From positions 3,136,001 through 3,200,000 of the forward strand of contig OZ245365.1 of the NCBI GenBank assembly GCA_965226495.1: 64,000 nucleotides of DNA, given 5' to 3'. This stretch comes from Candidatus Marinacidobacterales bacterium (GTDB taxonomy: Bacteria; Acidobacteriota; Vicinamibacteria; Marinacidobacterales; DATDRI01). Of the stretch, positions 60,102-64,000 are shown one piece after another (position 1 is the stretch's first letter; every line of letters begins with the position of its first letter). Under the pieces are notes generated by a model. The model did not search any database. It had not been told where the DNA came from and saw only the letters and a program-made list of their open reading frames with translations. Made by a program: the position numbers and the translations under genes.

Positions 60102-62015
60102 TTACTGAACGAGTGAATCTTCGGGAAGCAGGCTCCGGCCTGGCAAGTGCGCCGGAATCTCCAACTCGAGCATGTCTAGTACCGTCGGTACGATATCGAT
60201 GGCGCGCACGCGGGACCACTTACTAGCCGGCGGAACCTTTGGCCCCCAGGCCGCGCAGATGGCGAGCATGTCTCGTCGCGTCGGCACGAAGCCATGATTT
60301 CCTACCGGAGTCATCAGTGATACCACTTCGTCTTTGTCGGTTCGATCGGAGAAGTAATACCCGCGTGCCAGGTCGAGGAAAAGATCGCCGGTGTTCCGGC
60401 CTCCGGGCTGAAGGAGACCCTGGGTCGCCGGCTCGAAGAACGCGGTAACAACTCTTTCGTCGCTGTCTGGATCTTTTGCCGCCTCGAGAGCCTTCCGAAC
60501 TCGCGCAAGCACTCTGGGTTTTTCTTCGAGGGGTACGATTCCGCCCTTTCGGTCGACCGTGTTTACCGCGACGGAAGCGTCGGAGGTCGGCAAGAGAAGC
60601 GCCTCGGTTCGCTCGAGATCGATGGTTCGATCGGAAGTGAGAGCGAGAAGACCGGCCTTGGCGAGAGCCACGTTGACATTGAAGTAGCGATTCGTCCCCG
60701 CCATGCCGTGATCGGAGAGAAGCACCACGTGTGCTCCGTCGCGGGAGGCGTAGTCCATTATCGCGCCCAAGAGATCGTCTTGCACCTCGAAGGCCGAAAC
60801 CAGCGTGGGCCACACGCTTTCCGCCAGGGCGGCATCGAAACCCGGCATGGCAGGATCCAGATAACCGACCAGCGCATGCGTCATCTCATCGGTAACCGGC
60901 GAGTACATGATGACGAGTCGATAACCCCCTTCATCCAAAACACGGACGGTCTGCCTGCGAATCTGTTCGTTGAGATGGGCTTCCGTCGCGAGCAGCCGCT
61001 CTTCCGCCGAACCGTCGCCGCCCTCCATCACCGTACTTCCGAAACGGCCGGTCTTGTACAGTCGGTCACCGGCGTTTCCGGCGAAGGCCTCAATTGCTGT
61101 TTCGCCTATGCCTGGAAATGTACTCGAAGAGATGAAAATCGCCTCGGCGCTACTCCGGTAGATCATAAAGCGAGACGCCGTCTCGTCGAGCTCGAACACC
61201 CGGAGCGAGAACCAGAGCTCCTCACCTTGCCTCGTCGTCGCAATGGGCACGGAAAACGATTCGCTTCTTCCGGGCTTGACTCGGGCTAAAAATTCACCCG
61301 CTTGCTTGCTCGCCGCGATCCCTAACGTGTCGCAACCGACGGCGGGATCGAACGGGTCGTCGAAGAAAAGCCCCCAAAAGGATCGCTCGCCGACCCTCAG
61401 GCTGAACTCACGTGCCTCGCTCCCCCCCGCCTCCGCTATCGTCCATCCCCAAGCCGGCGCGATGGTGATGCGCCGATCGGTAAGGACGTCCGCGGTGATG
61501 CGTTGCCCCGAGTAGCCATAAAGCAATCCCAGGTTCTCGGCTTCCTCGGAACGCAATCGACCGAGAGTGTCGTCGAACGGATAGGACTGCGTCGCGTGGA
61601 AGACGTACGACATCAAACCCGCGCGCGCCGTCATCACCCAGATCGGATCGACCCTCAGAGGATGGGAGAAAAACGCTGATTCCTTTTCCAGTCGCGTGCG
61701 CTCGGCGGCAGGTTCCAGGAGAACCGAGTTCCCGGTGATACCGCTGGTGTGTCCATAGACGCCGGTCCAAAAGGCGGCATGTGCGGCCGCTGTCTTAGTG
61801 GGATAGGTGGTGATCATTCCATCCGACCAAGCCCCCTCTCGCACCATCCGTTGTAGATGGGGCAGCTTTCCCTCCGCCAGAATTCGAGACGCGATCCAGT
61901 GCGCCGCACCATCCCACACAAAGAGGATAACCCGAGGAGGTGGGCTCCAATTGAAGGCTAGCGATGTCGCCAAGAGGAAAATTCCAAGAGGCAACGCCGC
62001 CTTGCAAATGCGCAC
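60102..62015 (-). CDS. Alkaline phosphatase superfamily nucleotide pyrophosphatase/phosphodiesterase
   Basis: WDGA, YPTKT...TG, LSDHG, GNHG, DIVPTVL. Confidence 0.85.
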   Translation of the reverse strand: MRICKAALPLGIFLLATSLAFNWSPPPRVILFVWDGAAHWIASRILAEGKLPHLQRMVREGAWSDGMITTYPTKTAAAHAAFWTGVYGHTSGITGNSVLLEPAAERTRLEKESAFFSHPLRVDPIWVMTARAGLMSYVFHATQSYPFDDTLGRLRSEEAENLGLLYGYSGQRITADVLTDRRITIAPAWGWTIAEAGGSEAREFSLRVGERSFWGLFFDDPFDPAVGCDTLGIAASKQAGEFLARVKPGRSESFSVPIATTRQGEELWFSLRVFELDETASRFMIYRSSAEAIFISSSTFPGIGETAIEAFAGNAGDRLYKTGRFGSTVMEGGDGSAEERLLATEAHLNEQIRRQTVRVLDEGGYRLVIMYSPVTDEMTHALVGYLDPAMPGFDAALAESVWPTLVSAFEVQDDLLGAIMDYASRDGAHVVLLSDHGMAGTNRYFNVNVALAKAGLLALTSDRTIDLERTEALLLPTSDASVAVNTVDRKGGIVPLEEKPRVLARVRKALEAAKDPDSDERVVTAFFEPATQGLLQPGGRNTGDLFLDLARGYYFSDRTDKDEVVSLMTPVGNHGFVPTRRDMLAICAAWGPKVPPASKWSRVRAIDIVPTVLDMLELEIPAHLPGRSLLPEDSLVQ

Positions 62016-62085
62016 GGATGAATTCTACACCGCGCTGTGAGAATTAGGGGCGAGCATATATATTGCCCCGACGGAGAAACCATCG

Positions 62086-63474
62086 ATGACCTGGACACGG
62101 CGCCTCTTATCAGGTGGGTTCGTTTTGATGCTCCCCTGCGTTGCCAGCGGAGGGGAGGACGAGTCCTTCCAGAAAGCGGCCACTCAGATTCTCGACGCCG
62201 CCCAACAGAATTCCCGTGTCATCGACATTCTGCGGCACCTGACCGATCGCATCGGCCCACGCCTCAGCGGTTCGGCCGGGGCCGAAGCCGCCGTCGAATG
62301 GACCGCCACCAGAATGCGAGCCGACGGCCTGAACGTTTCGTTACAGCCGGTGAGGGTGCCCCAGTGGATTCGTGGCGAGGAAACTGGAGAGCTCCTCACA
62401 CCCTCCCGCCAGGAACTTTCCCTCACCGCGCTGGGAGGCAGCATCCCCACACCCCAGCAAGGTCTCACCGCCGAAGTCGTCGAGGTTCGAAGCTTTCAGG
62501 AACTCACCGAGCGCGGCGACGAGGTGAAAGGAAAGATCGTCTACTACCACAGTACGATGGATCCGACACTCAATCCCTTCGAAGCATATAGCCGAGCGGT
62601 CGTTTTTCGCGCCCGAGGAGCGATCGAAGCGGCCCGGCTCGGTGCCGTAGGCTCTCTCATCCGATCCCTGGCGACGGTCAGCCTTCGAACTCCTCATACA
62701 GGCGCCATGAGCTACGACCCCGATGTCCCGCGCATCCCACACGCCGCGTTAAGCACCGAAGACGGGGATCTTCTGCACCGGCTGATCGCGGACGGGGAAA
62801 AACCGACGCTACGCTTCACCCTGACGTCGCGGCGGGATTCCGACGTCGAGTCTGCCAACGTGATCGGCGATCTACCGGGCCGTGAACGCCCGGAAGAAAT
62901 CGTGCTGATCGGAGCCCACCTGGATTCCTGGGATCTCGGAACCGGAGCCTTCGACGATGCGGCCGGCTGCGCCTTGGTCATGGAAACACCGCGGCTCCTG
63001 AAGGAGCTTGGTTTGGTCCCGCGCCGCACGATTCGCGTCGTGCTCTTCATGGACGAAGAGACCGGGCTTCGCGGCGCGCGGCGCTACGCGAAGCTCTCCG
63101 GGAGTGAACTCAGGGCTCACGTCGCGGCGATCGAAGCCGATACCGGAGCAGATGACCCGCTCGGCTTTAGCGTCAGCCAAGGAGGTAAGGCTCTGAAGCT
63201 GGTCAAGGAGTGGGCGAAGATGCTCGAGCCCATCGGGGCCAAGCAGGTCATCGAGGGCGGTTTCGGAGGCGCCGACATCGGCCTGCTGGGTCGCCAAGGC
63301 GTTCTAGCGTTGGGTCTCCTACAAGATCCCGCCCGGTATTTTTTCTACCATCACTCGCGCGCCGACACGTTCGATAAAGTGAATCCGGAAGCCATGCGGC
63401 GAAACCTGGCCGCCATGGCGTTCATGGCCTATGCGCTTGCGGAGACAAAAGAGGATCTAAGAGGCGATATGTGA
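62086..63474 (+). CDS. M28 family peptidase (carboxypeptidase Q-like)
   Basis: IGPRLSGS, PHTG, GAHLDSWDLGTGAFDD, DEE.G, YHHS.ADT. Confidence 0.92.
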   Translation: MTWTRRLLSGGFVLMLPCVASGGEDESFQKAATQILDAAQQNSRVIDILRHLTDRIGPRLSGSAGAEAAVEWTATRMRADGLNVSLQPVRVPQWIRGEETGELLTPSRQELSLTALGGSIPTPQQGLTAEVVEVRSFQELTERGDEVKGKIVYYHSTMDPTLNPFEAYSRAVVFRARGAIEAARLGAVGSLIRSLATVSLRTPHTGAMSYDPDVPRIPHAALSTEDGDLLHRLIADGEKPTLRFTLTSRRDSDVESANVIGDLPGRERPEEIVLIGAHLDSWDLGTGAFDDAAGCALVMETPRLLKELGLVPRRTIRVVLFMDEETGLRGARRYAKLSGSELRAHVAAIEADTGADDPLGFSVSQGGKALKLVKEWAKMLEPIGAKQVIEGGFGGADIGLLGRQGVLALGLLQDPARYFFYHHSRADTFDKVNPEAMRRNLAAMAFMAYALAETKEDLRGDM

Positions 63475-64000
63475 AGGCGGCTTTCTAGCCAGTAAGCGCC
63501 TGTTTAGCGTACGGTCGCTTGGCTTTGTGTTGGCGTTTTGCAGATTGGGGCGGGGACAGTTGGGGGACAGTCATCGATCCATGGTAGCGCAATCAATAAG
63601 TTAGCGCAGCACTTTGGATTAGAAATCCTCGGCGTCGGTTAGGCGCGTAGGGGTGGAAGCGAGGACCTGCCCGAAATCGCCCGTCTGCCCCTCGGGGGTA
63701 TTCTGCGGTCTTCTCCCGTATCGGGGATAGAGGGCGTTCTTAAGTCTCTTCATATATTCTTATTATATTCTCCTCCACAAGGGCCGGAGTTGGGCGATGG
63801 TGTAAGTAGCTTGAATATAGTGATTTACATGGACGGCAGGGGTTTACATAAACGCCATTATCGGGCGGGGAGGGCTACATCGGGGCAGGAGGGCAGCCGC
63901 TATGGCGGTACCTAGGCGGGCCAGAATCGATCCTTGCGACAGGGATACGCCTGTCCCGCCCCCTGAGTCAAGCGTGTCGCTTGTTCATCACTGTGAACCA

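Noticed and set aside
63600-63650. tRNA gene
   Set aside because: Only an anticodon-arm-like fragment is present; no acceptor stem or T-arm.

Overview
GC-rich bacterial chromosomal window. Gene content suggests Acidobacteriota, possibly Vicinamibacteria-like; this is an inference only. (1) 1-15.4 kb: 5' part of a large secreted HExxH protein, two tandem Tat-signal HisC-like aminotransferases, ilvB-ilvN-ilvC and ilvD, hydrolases and an intergenic repeat cluster. (2) 15.5-21.0 kb: a peptide-export locus with a very short HlyD-like protein, a C39-peptidase ABC transporter and a partner ABC transporter. It is followed by a 19-aa ORF absent from the ORF track (MKVKTKLKAG-WSIRRGRGK, 20928..20987) with its own promoter-, RBS- and terminator-like signals. 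This is the best candidate for an undescribed system. (3) 21-35.7 kb: two Ser/Thr kinases, an ECF sigma/anti-sigma pair, leuB with a candidate leader-peptide attenuator, a TPR histidine kinase, an HprK-like kinase and a GCS2-CBS fusion. (4) ~36.1-52.9 kb: a ~17 kb mosaic lying between the two halves of a sensor kinase gene. It holds ISKra4, IS91/ISCR-like, rve-transposase and serine-recombinase remnants, a DUF433/DUF5615 TA pair, an attC-like hairpin, several pseudogenes and two DUF1254/DUF1214 genes. (5) 52.9-64 kb: a sigma54-driven MFP/ATPase/ATPase/response-regulator operon without a permease, plus DUF885, OsmC, phosphodiesterase and M28 peptidase genes. No rRNA, complete tRNA or CRISPR array was recognised. 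All family assignments are by eye from motifs; no searches were run.
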